A stretch of DNA of 63,627 nt, the filler included, from Reticulomyxa filosa (lineage: Eukaryota > Protista > Foraminifera), in assembly GCA_000512085.1 (NCBI GenBank). It is 18 parts of 18 records of this genome, joined end to end, with 100 filler letters (N's around TTAATTAATTAA, not from the genome) between each part and the next. Parts side by side here need not be neighbours in the genome. Positions count along the whole stretch, not along the records: positions 12,637 to 14,139 come from ASPP01014921.1; positions 14,240 to 18,882 come from ASPP01020068.1; positions 18,983 to 20,259 come from ASPP01025117.1; positions 20,360 to 22,243 come from ASPP01027493.1; positions 22,344 to 23,356 come from ASPP01010366.1; positions 23,457 to 25,609 come from ASPP01011710.1; positions 25,710 to 35,366 come from ASPP01019965.1; 11 more parts are not named here. One strand, 5' to 3'. The notes beneath the pieces are model-generated. The model was not told where the DNA came from. It saw only the letters and a program-made list of their open reading frames with translations, and searched no databases. Position 1 is the stretch's first letter, and the number at the start of each line of letters is the position of its first letter. Shown here piece after piece: positions 13,389 through 25,989 of this stretch. The translations under genes were made by a program, and so were the position numbers.

Positions 13389-14281
13389 GTTTGTTTTTTT
13401 TATGAGTAAGGGGGAACATTAGTCTTTTTGCTCTTTTTCAACTGTATTTTTTCTCTCTTCATTACAGAGAACAAATCAAAGATTTATCGATTCGATTGAA
13501 TATTTCCAAGTAAAAACAATATTCTTTTTTTTTTTTTTTTTGATATTTCAAATTTGTTTGTTGTTTATTTTTTGTTTGCTTCTTGCTTTTGTTTTGTTTA
13601 TTGCTTGTTATTGCGCCGTTTTTTGTTTTTTGTTTTTGTTTTTTTTGCTTGTTCGTTCTTTGTTCAATTTCTCCTCCCATATTTTTCGCAAGCTGTGTTA
13701 AATAAACTTGGGTTTTTTTTCCTCTGGATCAATTGTCGGTTTGTATAAAAAAAAAGAATATTCCTTTTAAATGGACAGTTCTTCATTGTTGCAAACATTA
13801 CACACAAAAAAAGAACTGCTTTTCCATATACCATTGACTTATGTCTATATACATTTGTCATCTTTTTCACAATTTCGACTTCGAAAGACTGATACAAAAT
13901 TTGTAAATAACACAACTAACTTTAAAAACTTTGTAAGTTCGTTTTAAAAAAGAAAAAAAGGGACAAAAAATATGATGTTTTCTTTTTGTCTTTTTTTCCA
14001 ACAGTAAAAATTTATAAGCATATTTCCAAACAGCAAATCTTAAGAATATTTTGAGTATTAATATTTATAATGTTTGCTTTATGCGTAGTAAATTAGACTA
14101 GTCTTAAACTTGATAAAAATTATCATGAAAAGTTAAACCNNNNNNNNNNNNNNNNNNNNNNNNNNNNNNNNNNNNNNNNNNNNTTAATTAATTAANNNNN
14201 NNNNNNNNNNNNNNNNNNNNNNNNNNNNNNNNNNNNNNNGTTTGCTTTTTTCAAGTTTTTTCGTCAAAATATTCACAAAAT

Positions 14282-14806
14282 TGCAACTTCGGTATCTTTT
14301 TAAATAATATTTATGAGTTGCACATTAAATCTTAATAAAAAGGAAAAGGGGTTTTTTTTTTTTTTGTTGTCGTTCGTGTCAACTTTGAAAAATAAAAAAA
14401 AATGGTGTTTATCTTTGGATGATCTGCATCCTTCAACAAAAGGAAAAAAAAAAGAATAATGGGGTAAGGCTTCCCCGTCTCCGCAAGGAGTCAACAAGGT
14501 CTGTTGTGTAAATATTTTTTAAATATATAATCAATTATTTGTGTTTGAATCACAGCCTCAGCCCGTCTAACGAAAAAAAAAAACGTACCTCCACTACAAA
14601 GAAAAATTGGGGTTGAAGCATCTCCCGCATTATAAAAAAAATGGTTTGAATTTTTATTTTTATTTTTAAATTTTATTATCAAATGTTTATTTATTTTGTG
14701 AACAGGCATGCCCCCACTACACAAACAAAAAATCAACTCTCCTGTGACAAAGTAAAAAAAAAGATAGTAAAATTGGATTGGGGCGTAGCTCCATTGTCTC
14801 CAATGT
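14282..14806 (+). ncRNA. Candidate structured non-coding RNA or cluster of small RNAs; family unassigned
   Basis: Series of GC-rich hairpins separated by A/T tracts, including CTCC-GCAA-GGAG (GNRA loop) and a G-U wobble stem TGGGGC/GCTCCA; no credible ORF. Confidence 0.35.
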
Positions 14807-14939
14807 TGTTTGTTTTTTTAAAAAAATGAATAAATTGTTTGTTTTTTTTAATTGTTATATTGATTGAAATTGTGAAAATGAAAAAGGAAAGTGAAAAAAG
14901 GGAATTGAAAAGAAAAAAAAGGGTTTGCCACAAAAAAGT

Positions 14940-17520
14940 TTCGTCGGAGACTTTGGCCGTTTAATGACTATCAAGCATTTGGCGTATGTGTCAAGGAGTC
15001 TAGCAAGTTTTCGTTGAACAATTGATTGCAAGACTAGTTTGAGTTGGATTGCTTTCAAAGTATGAATCGACATGTTTCACGATATATTGTAAGAGCGTTT
15101 TGATGTTCACTTCAAGACTAACTTCATTGCTACTTGTCATCCCATAGAACATCAAATAAGTTTTGTATGATAGCGTTATAAACAATGTTATATTTACATA
15201 GTTTTATAACTTGTAAATATATCGCAATATCATAAAAACTACGATTAAACAGCCAAAAGATCGTTAGTGTGGTGCCGACCATAGGAAAACGTTGGGCGAG
15301 ACTGTATCAACTAGTTTGACAATTATCTTGGAAAGTACGTGCGAACTGTCGACGATAGCAGAAAATATATTTCTAGCACAACGAGACACGACGGAGAAGC
15401 GGTAGATCAATTTCAGGACGAAAAGAACTTTGGCATAAAAGCGCACTTATCGCCGCACCAACACATAAAGACCGATTGATAAAGGTGCCGATCACGCAGA
15501 GCGAACAAAGAACCAGTTCGTACCAGACAATCGAAAAAAAAAAGTAGAAAAATAAAAATAAAATAAAAGAAATAGTGGATGTCAAAGTATAGGAAAAACA
15601 ATAAAGATGGATCAAGTCGCTGGAAGAAAATCTAGTAAACGAAGCCTAGCAAAAAGATTATGGAAAAAAGTACATGATAAAAAGAATAAAGATGCCAAAA
15701 TCGAGATTGCGCAAAAGCGCAATAAAAACGAACATCAATTGTTGGCCCAAAGTGATAGAACCACGAAGAAAAAAGTTGGCGCGCCACGACCAAAGCGAAC
15801 TGCCTTGAGCGAAGAAACGTTCTTGTGGACAAGGTCAAGTTGTCCAAGATATTTGCGCGGGGATTGAAACTTATTGAGAGTTTTTGTGAAAAATCTTGCA
15901 GTGTCAACCTGAAGTATTGGAAAGACTTGTTCATCATCAACGTAAGAATAGACAAGTATATGCAGATCGCCTTCCCTTTGCAGGTAACAGCAGCAACAAA
16001 ATAACAATAATAATAACAACAGAAGTAGCACCAGTTCGGATAAAGCGCAGTCCTCCACTTTAGCTATACACGGCGTTGCAAAGCACCAGAGAGGACGTAG
16101 AACTGCGATCTGCCGGCGCCGATGAACAAGGGACAATCGAGCGTTGTGGAAGCGGCACTAAGTTTATGAACGATGCAACAATCGAAACGGAGAAATTGAT
16201 CGTGTTAGTGATTGCGCTTATGCGTAGCTTTGCGTGGTGTGCCGATGGAAAAATGTGATAGCGACATTGTGTATCCTGAATTGATGCACTTTTTGACTAT
16301 TTCGTACTTTGCATTTGTCGGACAAGCGCCAAGTATTTTTGCTAGAATGTCTTTGGGATCGACTATGGGCCGACGGAAACTTGCTGGATGCGACGCAATA
16401 TTGTATTCGTTTGCGTTGGGCTCGAGTTAACGTTAGTTGAATGGATGCCTTGTATGAACTTTGGCGCAATCAAAAATACTCGAATCTTGGCACACATGAA
16501 AGCAATAAAGGATAAGCCAATGCGAAAAGAAAGAAGAATAAGAACAGCAACGGTATGTCCAAGACCGAAAAAGAAGAAAATAGCGCATTTGCGATCCTAT
16601 GATCGATATTGGGTACTAAACGTCAGACATGGTCGTTATTGAAAACGCATGCATCCATGACCATGTATCCTTCTATCATCACAAGGGCGACGAAAGCGTA
16701 TGGGCTTCGTATTTGGAAAAAATCAGTTATGATGTTCAAATGTTGCACAAGATCTATCAAATCAATCCCGACAACCTGGATCTTGGGTGCCTCAATTGTC
16801 TACAGTATACGGAATCAAGTCCGTGCGATATCAGCAAGTCTTCGTTTTCTTTCTTGGCAAAGTGGCAACAGTTTGCAACTGCAGCAACGACTCGACTAAT
16901 CGAAGAATCGAAAGACAAGTAAAAAGATTGCGAATATGTATTAGGAAATAGTACCCACATGGTCGTCGAGCAAACCACGACGTTGGAAGAATCACTATGT
17001 GCGAGTGGAACTTTGCGCATTCTCGAACAATGTGCTGGCTTCCCATATTGCGTCGCAATTAAAGCTGCTGGCGAGTGTGATATAATCTCACAAGGACTTG
17101 CTGTTATTCAGTTGGACATTTTTGTGCGCCAGTTCACCTTTCATATCCATGATATTATAAATTGTGCATGTGTCCATTCTTGAAAAAGTTTAATTATTTT
17201 ATATATGTAAATATATATTCAATTACATAACATCTTTATACGTGTATATACTTAAGTGTTGCTTGAAATTTGTAATATATATTCGAAAGTGCACAAATGT
17301 AGATTGAATTGCGCCATGGACACGTCGCCGCTGTTTCAATTTCCATTGATGCTGCATAGAATCCCCAGCAGCAATGCAACAGTAACAGCAGTGGTAACAG
17401 TAGCAGCAGCATCGATTGTTGCAGCACGTGAAAGAAAAAGTGACAACTAAGTCGAATTATTGCTGATAAAAATCCAATAGTCAATCCTGGAGCCACGATA
17501 CAAAGAACGCGTGCACCTGA
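14940..17520 (+). pseudogene. Disrupted coding-like region, product unknown
   Basis: Coding-like GC content but broken into short ORFs (15607-15867, 16076-16258, 16212-16430, 16388-16642, 16629-16922) by stops and frame changes. Confidence 0.4.
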
Positions 17521-17799
17521 TTATTGTCATGATGATGTGCGCAACCTAAGTCTTGAAAATATATGTTATACGTGTGCATTGATCATACATGTTGCAAATA
17601 TTTTTCAATCACATTATAAGAAAACATCATAACTTGGACATGTCTATCAGCAATTTGGAAATTGTTGAGGTTCCATCAAGCAAAGCGCCAAGTGAAAGTT
17701 GGTGGTACATTTGATCGCAAGGTGTTGTCATATTTGCACTTACGTAAAGAATGGTAACACATACAAACAACTAAGTTAGACCGATGAAACTTAAAAAAA

Positions 17800-18401
17800 G
17801 AGTAAAAGTTGTTTTTGGACTGTTCAATCTCAATAAGTTGAGTCGCTTCATCGTTTTCCAAAGTTTTCCTAGTAGAAACTCTTACTTTAGCATTATTGTA
17901 ATTTTATATTGTCGTTGACTCAAAAAGCTGTAGTCATTTTCACACTTGCCCAAACGGAACAGCAAGTCTGTTTTCAAGTTGTTGGTTCTTAAGTTCCAAT
18001 TCTTTGAACTGCACGGTGAACGATTTGATTTGTAGTTGCAAGTCCTCCACTACTTTTTCTTTTTGTGTTGAATTCAATCAAACGGACGTCGATCACTACT
18101 CTGTGTTTGTGCTAACAGCGGTAAACGCTAAGACGTCTAATAACATTTCTTTTGTTAGGTGCTTGTCATTTATCATTATGTTTTTTTTTGGTTCGCTGCC
18201 CTCTTCACCTAAGAGCTTGTTTCCAAATGGGTATTGATAAGCCAGACATGTCTGAGGCTTGGATATAAAAGAGGTTATCTCATCAAAATTCCATTTGTCA
18301 GTGTTTGTAGAAACCATCACTACTGGTTTTTCATTCTCTTTGTCTGTATCAGTTACTCCTTTGACGACTTGGGACGATTCTATCAACTGTTCTTGTGACA
18401 T
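17800..18401 (-). CDS. Hypothetical protein, possibly disrupted, with downstream coiled-coil
   Basis: ORF MSQEQLIESS... (107-aa track ORF) followed after stops by the coiled-coil-like EKVVEDLQLQIKSFTVQFKELELKNQQLENRL. Confidence 0.35.
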
Positions 18402-18982
18402 TTTTTTTGTTATTGTCAAAGGCTAACTGAAAACGAGTTTTTTTGAACTTTTTGATCTTAGAAGTGTTTTTTTTAATAATTGTTAATTTACGTGTCTACA
18501 ACAAGACAATACTCGTTCAAAAATACCATAGAAAAGTACAACCAAAACACAATGAATATCATCTTTTGCTAAGACGATATCATGAATAAAAAAGATGCAC
18601 AAATCTATTTTAAAGAGTCTGTCTCCTTAAAGACCTTTCCTTTTTGCTTTTTGGGGGGAACTCAATACAAAAAGATGATTTACTGGAGTGTATAAAATGG
18701 TTTTGCATTGAAAAAGTTATCAATCCGAACGTTACATGTTACATCAAAACAAAAAAAAAATTTAGAAAAAGAAAATCAAGCTTAGTCAAACTGCATACAC
18801 ACGCCCAAAAAAAAAGCATTCGTGATCAAACATTTGACCAAGGCATATCAGAAATGCTTTGTTCGACCATGCCCTTTTTGGGNNNNNNNNNNNNNNNNNN
18901 NNNNNNNNNNNNNNNNNNNNNNNNNNTTAATTAATTAANNNNNNNNNNNNNNNNNNNNNNNNNNNNNNNNNNNNNNNNNNNN

Positions 18983-19263
18983 ATTGGGTGAATGCTGTTG
19001 AATATTCACCATTTGTAATAAAGAATAGTATTGGTAATTCAAATGTGATATGTTCTGGATCAGCTGATAACACAATTCGTTTTTGGGATATTCGATCAAA
19101 TAAGAATGAATTGTATGTGATTAAAGGAGATAAAGAAGAAGAAGATAAAATATTGTGTCTTAAATTTATTATATTGAAAAAGAAAGAAAAGACAAATGGT
19201 ATCAACTATGATTTGAATTTGTGTTATGGTTCACATAAAGGTCACATTCGTATTTGGGAATGA
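18983..19263 (+). CDS. WD40-repeat protein, C-terminal fragment
   Basis: VICSGSADNTIRFWDIRS...LCYGSHKGHIRIWE*. Confidence 0.85.
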
Positions 19264-20359
19264 ATTTACTTTTTGTTGAATAATAAATGAAGTTGTTTTT
19301 TTTAAAAAGTTTAATTAAAAGAAAAGTAAGGTGATATTAAACTTGTTTGATTTGATTGAATGCAAGCATTGAAGGATGTGTTTTATTTTGCTTTGTTGTT
19401 TCAAAAAATTGGAATAATTGCATTCAATGTTTTTTAAAGACTTGAAAAGCATAATTAATAAAAATTGCAAGATATTTCAAGTATTATATCTTCTGTATAG
19501 AATGAAACACGATTGTTTTTGTAATAATTCATAATATATTTCTTTTTTTTTTTGAAGAACACTTGATATTTAAATTTGAAATCTTTTGAAAGAATATAGC
19601 AATAGATATAAGAAAGAGAAAAGATGTCCTAAATTTGAAAGGCAGACAGCAAAGTGAGGACATTTCTTTTGATAAATGAATTATATCAAATATTTTATCC
19701 AATTGTGAATTACTGCAGATGGGACATTGAAAATATAAGAATATTGTTTAAAACGACAAATGTGTGACTTTGATGAAATGATTTTTAAATATGCTAAGTT
19801 ATTTAATGATATAATATTTAAAGCATTTAAAGAAACGAAAATTCTATTGAAAGAATGCATTTTGATCATGAAAATAGAGCTGATGGGCATATTTATTATT
19901 AAATTAACTTTTAAATATCTTAAATGCACATCTTGTTGAAAATAATTTTAATCAATTTTTCTTTCAAAAACATGAAAAACTGGATATAATGTTTTTTATT
20001 ACAACTGATCTAGGCAGAGAAAATTGAATAAGAGGTCAATCTGAAACCTCATTCATTGTGTGCTAATTAAATAGCTTTTCCATTGAATTGAATTTACAAA
20101 GTTGATCATAAATAAATTTAATCAACTTTAGTTTGATATCATTTTTGGCATTTGGGTCTGTCATTTGCTTTCTTTTTTGTCAACTTTTAAAATTTGTTTA
20201 AAATATCATCTAATGAAGATAGATTATTATCAATATGTCTGAAATTTGTTGTCTCGAAGNNNNNNNNNNNNNNNNNNNNNNNNNNNNNNNNNNNNNNNNN
20301 NNNTTAATTAATTAANNNNNNNNNNNNNNNNNNNNNNNNNNNNNNNNNNNNNNNNNNNN

Positions 20360-20558
20360 GTGTATGATAAGAATAACAAGTTCTTTTGTCCCAACCCCCA
20401 CAAATGAGGAGTTCGTGTTTGTGTAGCACACATTGAGAGCCAAAAAGAGGAGTAGGCAACTTCTTCAAAGTTTGAAAGGGGGTAACAAGATGTTGACTTT
20501 GTTCAGTTTGCTTAATTTGTTTTTCCGGATGTTTTTGTGTTGTAGTTCGATTGCCCAT
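20360..20558 (-). CDS. Kelch/galactose-oxidase-type beta-propeller protein, N-terminal fragment
   Basis: MGN start; FQTLKKLPTPL..SQCVLHKHELLICGG...CYSYH. Confidence 0.7.
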
Positions 20559-21405
20559 GTTATTAATGTTGTCGAAGTTTTTTAAGTTTAATTTTTAAAA
20601 AAAAAACGGAAAGTGACTTGATCCTTTTGAAAAAACAAAAACAACAAAATGTATTTTACATGGACATTTTTTGTTTGGTTTATGAAACAAAAAAATTACA
20701 CACAATTGAAAAAAGAACTAATCAGTCATATCTCTTTGAAACATAAACAATGTCAAAACATTCAATTATTGTATTGAGAATATTCCACAAACTATCATAC
20801 AAAAAGCATAATCATATTACAACAAAAGATCTTTAAAGATACAGATAACAAATATTATTACAAAAATTGAATTTAACTGGAATCAATTTATTAACTATTT
20901 CGAATATTGATGAAACAATTCATTAAGTTGTTTTGTTTTACACACTGTGGTAGATTGTAAACATTACATGAGAAAAGGATAGAATATAGAAATAATATCA
21001 ATCGTATATTGGCATTGATGATTCATCATCTTAAAAAACTAACTTCCACGTTTCAAACAAAAAAGTCTTTATTTGAATAAGTTTTCAAAATCACAACTAT
21101 CAATTTGATTGATATGATTTCAAATTGTCTTATTATTTGAAATATGAGAATTAAATTATCTTTCTCTTGTACAAATAATTCATTGCACTTTATTACAAGG
21201 TTGTCCTATTAATTGTTTTAATATTTTAAATACATCGAAAAATTATAATGTTTTACAAAATGTAACATCTATATCTTTCATTAAACAGATACAACAAATA
21301 TGATTCAATCCAATTTTTCGTTAGCCCCTTCGTTGAGCTAAAAAAAAGGAAACGTTTTTTTTATCTAGCATTATCCAATATCATCATCTCAAGAGAAAAG
21401 GCAAA

Positions 21406-22243
21406 ATGAACTTAAGCACACCAATGAAAGTTTTGCTCGAGTTTTCTTTAGGTTTTTCTTCTTTATTGCTTGTTCATCATTTTTACTTCATGATTAAAAT
21501 AGTCAAAAGAAGAAGACATCAAAAAATTATCCATTATTGGATTCGAATATTAAAGATTAAATTGGGATGGATCAAAGATTTTGATGAACTTGTTGTCGAT
21601 TATGTCAGTTTATTTGTTTTTTTTCATTTTGGTGTAAATTAAAATATTCCAATATTTATTTAACATAGGCATCTCATGTCTTCACATTTGATTCGTTTCA
21701 TTCATCATCCAAATTACTCAATACATTCACTAAACATAAAAGTATTGTGTGGAGTATTGATTTTGTAAAATTTGATGATCGTCAATTAATTTGTTCTGGA
21801 TCAAGTGATAAAACAGTTCGTATACGGGATATTGATAAAAACAAACAAATTCAATCATTGAAGGAGCATTCATCTGATGTGCTATGTGTGAAATTTTCAC
21901 CACATCATTATAATAATCATCGTCAATATGTCATTTGTTCTTCATCAAGTGACAAAACCATTCGTTTTTGGGATTTCAAACATAATCAGCAATTGCAAAT
22001 ATTGAAGAAGCATACTAGTTATGTTTATGGAATTGAATTTTCATCATTTAATGGTGGTAGATATTTGTTTTCTGGATCTAATGACAAAACAATTCGTTTA
22101 TGGGACGTTGAAACATACAAATCATTACATATTTTCAATGGTCATGAAGATGCAGTTAGATGTGTTAGTATTTCACCATTACAAAGTAATAAAAAAAATG
22201 ATGATGATAATAATAAAATGAATAATATTGGTGTGATTGGTGG
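21406..22243 (+). CDS. WD40-repeat protein, 3' partial
   Basis: Repeats SGSSDKTVRI, SSSSDKTIRFWD, SGSNDKTIRLWD, GHEDAVRCV; intron ~21604-21669; one -1 break near 21521. Confidence 0.9.
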
Positions 22244-22343
22244 NNNNNNNNNNNNNNNNNNNNNNNNNNNNNNNNNNNNNNNNNNNNTTAATTAATTAAN
22301 NNNNNNNNNNNNNNNNNNNNNNNNNNNNNNNNNNNNNNNNNNN

Positions 22344-22935
22344 TATATATATAAATAAAGAGTCAATCAAACCATTTGTTACAACATTGGACCAAGAATC
22401 ATCGCTATAATTGGCAAGTGTCCACATTCCATCGGGAGAAATGTAATATTTCCAAGTGGTATCACTGACTCCAAATATATTGGCATGACTTACACTCCAA
22501 TAACACATGAATGCACCATGTCCACTTCCTTTGCTTGTTGCATTTATTGCGATGACATTATTGCCAGAAATGACTGATACTTGTTTTGAATACCACATTT
22601 TGGGATCATCGGTGGTCATTGCCTTTTCACCATTAACATAGATTTGACTTGCACTATTCACGATACATTTCAAGTACAATTCATTGGTTGGTGAAATATT
22701 ATTTGTGTGAATCGTATTCGAATATTCAATTGTATTGTTTACTGTTTTTATATTTGATATACTTTTCACAAATCCATTTAATATGTACAAATGATTATTT
22801 GCTATTGCACTGCTTGCATACATTCGATCCACTTGAAATGACACTCCAGTAGGTTGAATATCTCCAGTTTCCATATCTTTGATTATTTATTATATTATAT
22901 TTATATTTATATTTATAATATTATTTATTTATTTA

Positions 22936-22967
<32 letters not shown>

Positions 22968-23305
22968 TATTTTAAATAAATGACATACCAAAAGCCAATA
23001 TTTGAGTGGTAATTCCATGAGTAAATGTTTGTGGAGCACTTGTTTTTGCAATTTCCAAATCAGTAGTTTGAATGATATATACCGACTTACCATGAGATTG
23101 ACATACAAAACTCCCTTTTGCAGAACTTGAAAATTGTGTAGTCTGTCCCCATGGAATCCATTGTCCAATTGTCTCACGTCCATTCATTTGGATTCTCCAA
23201 CTTTCTATTGTTGAATAAGGTCCATCCAATGCAATTAAATAGAGCCATTTATCCCAATAGGTTATACATGGAGTCCTTCCATACAAATTTGGTATTGAAA
23301 TTTCT
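22344..23305 (-). CDS. Fragment of a probable extracellular protein with Kelch-like blades and a jelly-roll/lectin-like domain
   Basis: LYLIALDG and LYILNG blades; IYVNG...GNNVIAINA...VSDTTWKY...W...YSDDSW; many N-x-S/T sequons. Confidence 0.5.
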
Positions 23306-23501
23306 TTATTGTTATATACATATATACATATATACATATATATATATATGTATATANNNNNNNNNNNNNNNNNNNNNNNNNNNNNNNNNNNNNNNNNNNN
23401 TTAATTAATTAANNNNNNNNNNNNNNNNNNNNNNNNNNNNNNNNNNNNNNNNNNNNGTTTTTTTTTTTTTTTGCATTCTTGGCACCTTTACCTTCCTTAA
23501 G

Positions 23502-23831
23502 GTCGTCCATTGGGACATTGGAAAATTTCCAAAAGAAAAACCCACTTTGGAAGGGACCGTTTCTCTGCCCAGTGATTTCCCAGGTGTTGCCAGACCTACT
23601 TTGAAGTTAGCTTTCCTCTTCTTATTCAGTGCTCATTTGCTTGTTTATTCGTTCTTGCTTAAAATCATTGTGTGGCATGTTTTGATTTTGTGCAGGGTTG
23701 GATTTGAGATCAAAGGATTGTCGATGACCGATTTAAAAGTGGACAGCTTGGCAGTTCATGGTGTGAAATACAAGCCATTCAAAGGTGTTCGACATATTAC
23801 AAGAGCTGGTGCGTTTCACGTTCGTTCTTAG
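23502..23831 (+). CDS. AP3M: AP-3 complex mu subunit, C-terminal exons
   Basis: VHWDIGK..PTLEGTVSL and C-terminus LKVDSL...YKPFKGVRHITRAGAFHVRS*, typical of mu3; intron 23606-23695. Confidence 0.85.
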   Translation, partial: VVHWDIGKFPKEKPTLEGTVSLPSDFPGVARPTLKLAFLFLFSAHLLVYSFLLKIIVWHVLILCRVGFEIKGLSMTDLKVDSLAVHGVKYKPFKGVRHITRAGAFHVRS

Positions 23832-24349
23832 TGTTTTTTTATTTTTTATTTTTTGTTTTTAAAGTAAGTAATCATTTATGCAAGTGAGTTGTGTGCCAAA
23901 TTTGCTGTCACCACATGAAAGTTATTCATCTACATTTGAGCCATTTAAAACATTCTTTACTTGTTCATTTTTTTCCTCATTAAATGCAAGTCCAGTTTCC
24001 AGCGCTAAATTTATATTACTTTTGGACACGCACAAACTGTTGATCCAAATCACCATCATTTTTTCACAGAAGAAAAAATTTTCTTTTTGTCAACTTCAAC
24101 TTTTTCTTTAGTCAAAAAAAAAGGGGGTTCGGTATATCCTCAATATTTGTATTTCACTCCGCTCGCAGCGATGAAAAATCGTTTACGTAACAATCCCATA
24201 AGGCAGGTGGTTTAAATTTGTTACACCTAAAAAAAAAAACTCAATGACAGTGATGATGCTTATTATTGCTTGTGTTGCACTGGACGGATGAGCCACATTT
24301 GTTAAGAGGGGGGAAAAAATGTAAAACATATGAACGTAACAGAAACACA

Positions 24350-25609
24350 ATGCCGGGGGCCCTATCCGAAACAAGAGCACTTCATTGTCGTTCGCATTGG
24401 CTTTGGTTGTTTTTATTCGCATTACTGTATTGTATTGTGACATTGGTGTTACTTCCCTCGCCTTCGATCCATACAAATGAAGATCCAAGCCGAAGAAAGA
24501 CCGTGATAAAATCAAAGGCATCGCCGATAACAGCAAGCATGCATCCATATGACGAAGACTATGAAACAGACCCAAACTTGCCTATCAATCATCCGCAAGT
24601 GGCTTCACGACTCGTGCCATTATCACATCCTTGGGGGACTATCTATCAGACGAGAATTTTGTGTTTAATTTTGTCTCTATGGCCAGATCGAAAAGAGAAG
24701 TGGGACGTTATGACCAGCACACAAATACATATACACACATATATCTTACACACCAATTTCTTCAATTACAAAACAATATGTATCTATCTTATATATGTAC
24801 AGATATATATGTATGTATACATATATACATGTACATACATATATGTATGTATGTATACACATATTCGAATAAAATGACCAAAAAAAATAATAATAAAAAA
24901 AAAAAATAATATATATATATATACATATATAAATTGAACAGTTGATAATTGACACATTCGGTAAAGGGTGTACCAAACTGTACTTTGTGTTGGACGAAGC
25001 AAGCAGCGGCCCCAAAGAATATCGTGGCTTTCAAACCCTGAATATCGCACTGTCTCGTGAACAAGGAAAAGAAATAAAGCAACGCAACATTTGGGAAAAA
25101 GTCCATCGCATGTGGAGTCATATCTATCAAGTTTGGTATTTTTTATTATTATGTATACACCCATACATATACGTATACATATATGCATATATTAAATGTG
25201 GCTTATATTTGTCAATTTTTTTTTTTTTTTTTTTTTTTTGCGTGTTGGGATTGGATGAGCTAGAACGAGTTAAACAACTATGACTGGTTCATAAAAGCAG
25301 ATGATGACTCATTCATAATGACGGAGAATATGCGTGGCTTTTTGCAGTATTACGACCCTGATTATCCTCATTTCTTAGGACATACGCTACGCGCGAGATG
25401 GCTGGACGAAAATATGATTTTCAACAGTGGTGTGTGCTATGTCATGTCGCGCGCAGCTTTAAACAAATTAGGTCCGTACATATCGCATTTGCCATCGTTA
25501 TCTTCCAACGCTGCAAGGTCTCATTGTATCGATCGAGAAGGAGCCGGTGAAGACCCTACTATGGGAGTTTGTATGGCTGGAGTGGGAATTAGACCAGGTT
25601 TTTTTTTTT
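24350..25609 (+). CDS. GT31 / core-1 beta-1,3-galactosyltransferase-like protein, 3' partial
   Basis: Type II TM anchor; YDWFIKADDDSF (DxD motif), DPDYPHFLG, YVMSRAAL, EDPTMGVCM. Confidence 0.85.
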
Positions 25610-25709
25610 NNNNNNNNNNNNNNNNNNNNNNNNNNNNNNNNNNNNNNNNNNNNTTAATTAATTAANNNNNNNNNNNNNNNNNNNNNNNNNNNNNNNNNNN
25701 NNNNNNNNN

Positions 25710-25923
25710 TTTTTACCTCCCATTGTGTAGTTTTATCATTATAATTTAAGTAATAAGGAGTCCCATCAACATCATATGCCTTTTTCCAACCTGGAGGCAA
25801 TGGTGGTTCAACAGAATGATGAAATTTATGAATATCTGTGGGTCTTTCATCAAAATGTTCTGATGTTGTTTTCATTTTTGGTTCCTCAGATTCTTGAATC
25901 TCAAAATCAGAGTCTATATTTTT
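25710..25923 (-). CDS. WW-domain exon, probably the C-terminal extension of the copine
   Basis: PLPPGWKKAYDVDGTPYYLNYNDKTTQWE; lies less than 120 nt from the copine end on the same strand. Confidence 0.75.
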
Positions 25924-25989
25924 CTAATCATTCACAACATTTCAATATTTTTTTTTCCTTCTGTTTCCATTAAAAAGTATAAAGATCAC

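Noticed and set aside
14567-14588. 22-nt GT-AG mini-intron on the minus strand
   Set aside because: No credible flanking exons; equally explained as a short stem with a poly-A loop
14700-14735. U1 snRNA (minus-strand Sm-like ATTTTTTG followed by GTAGTGGGGG)
   Set aside because: No ACTTACCTG 5' end at the expected distance upstream
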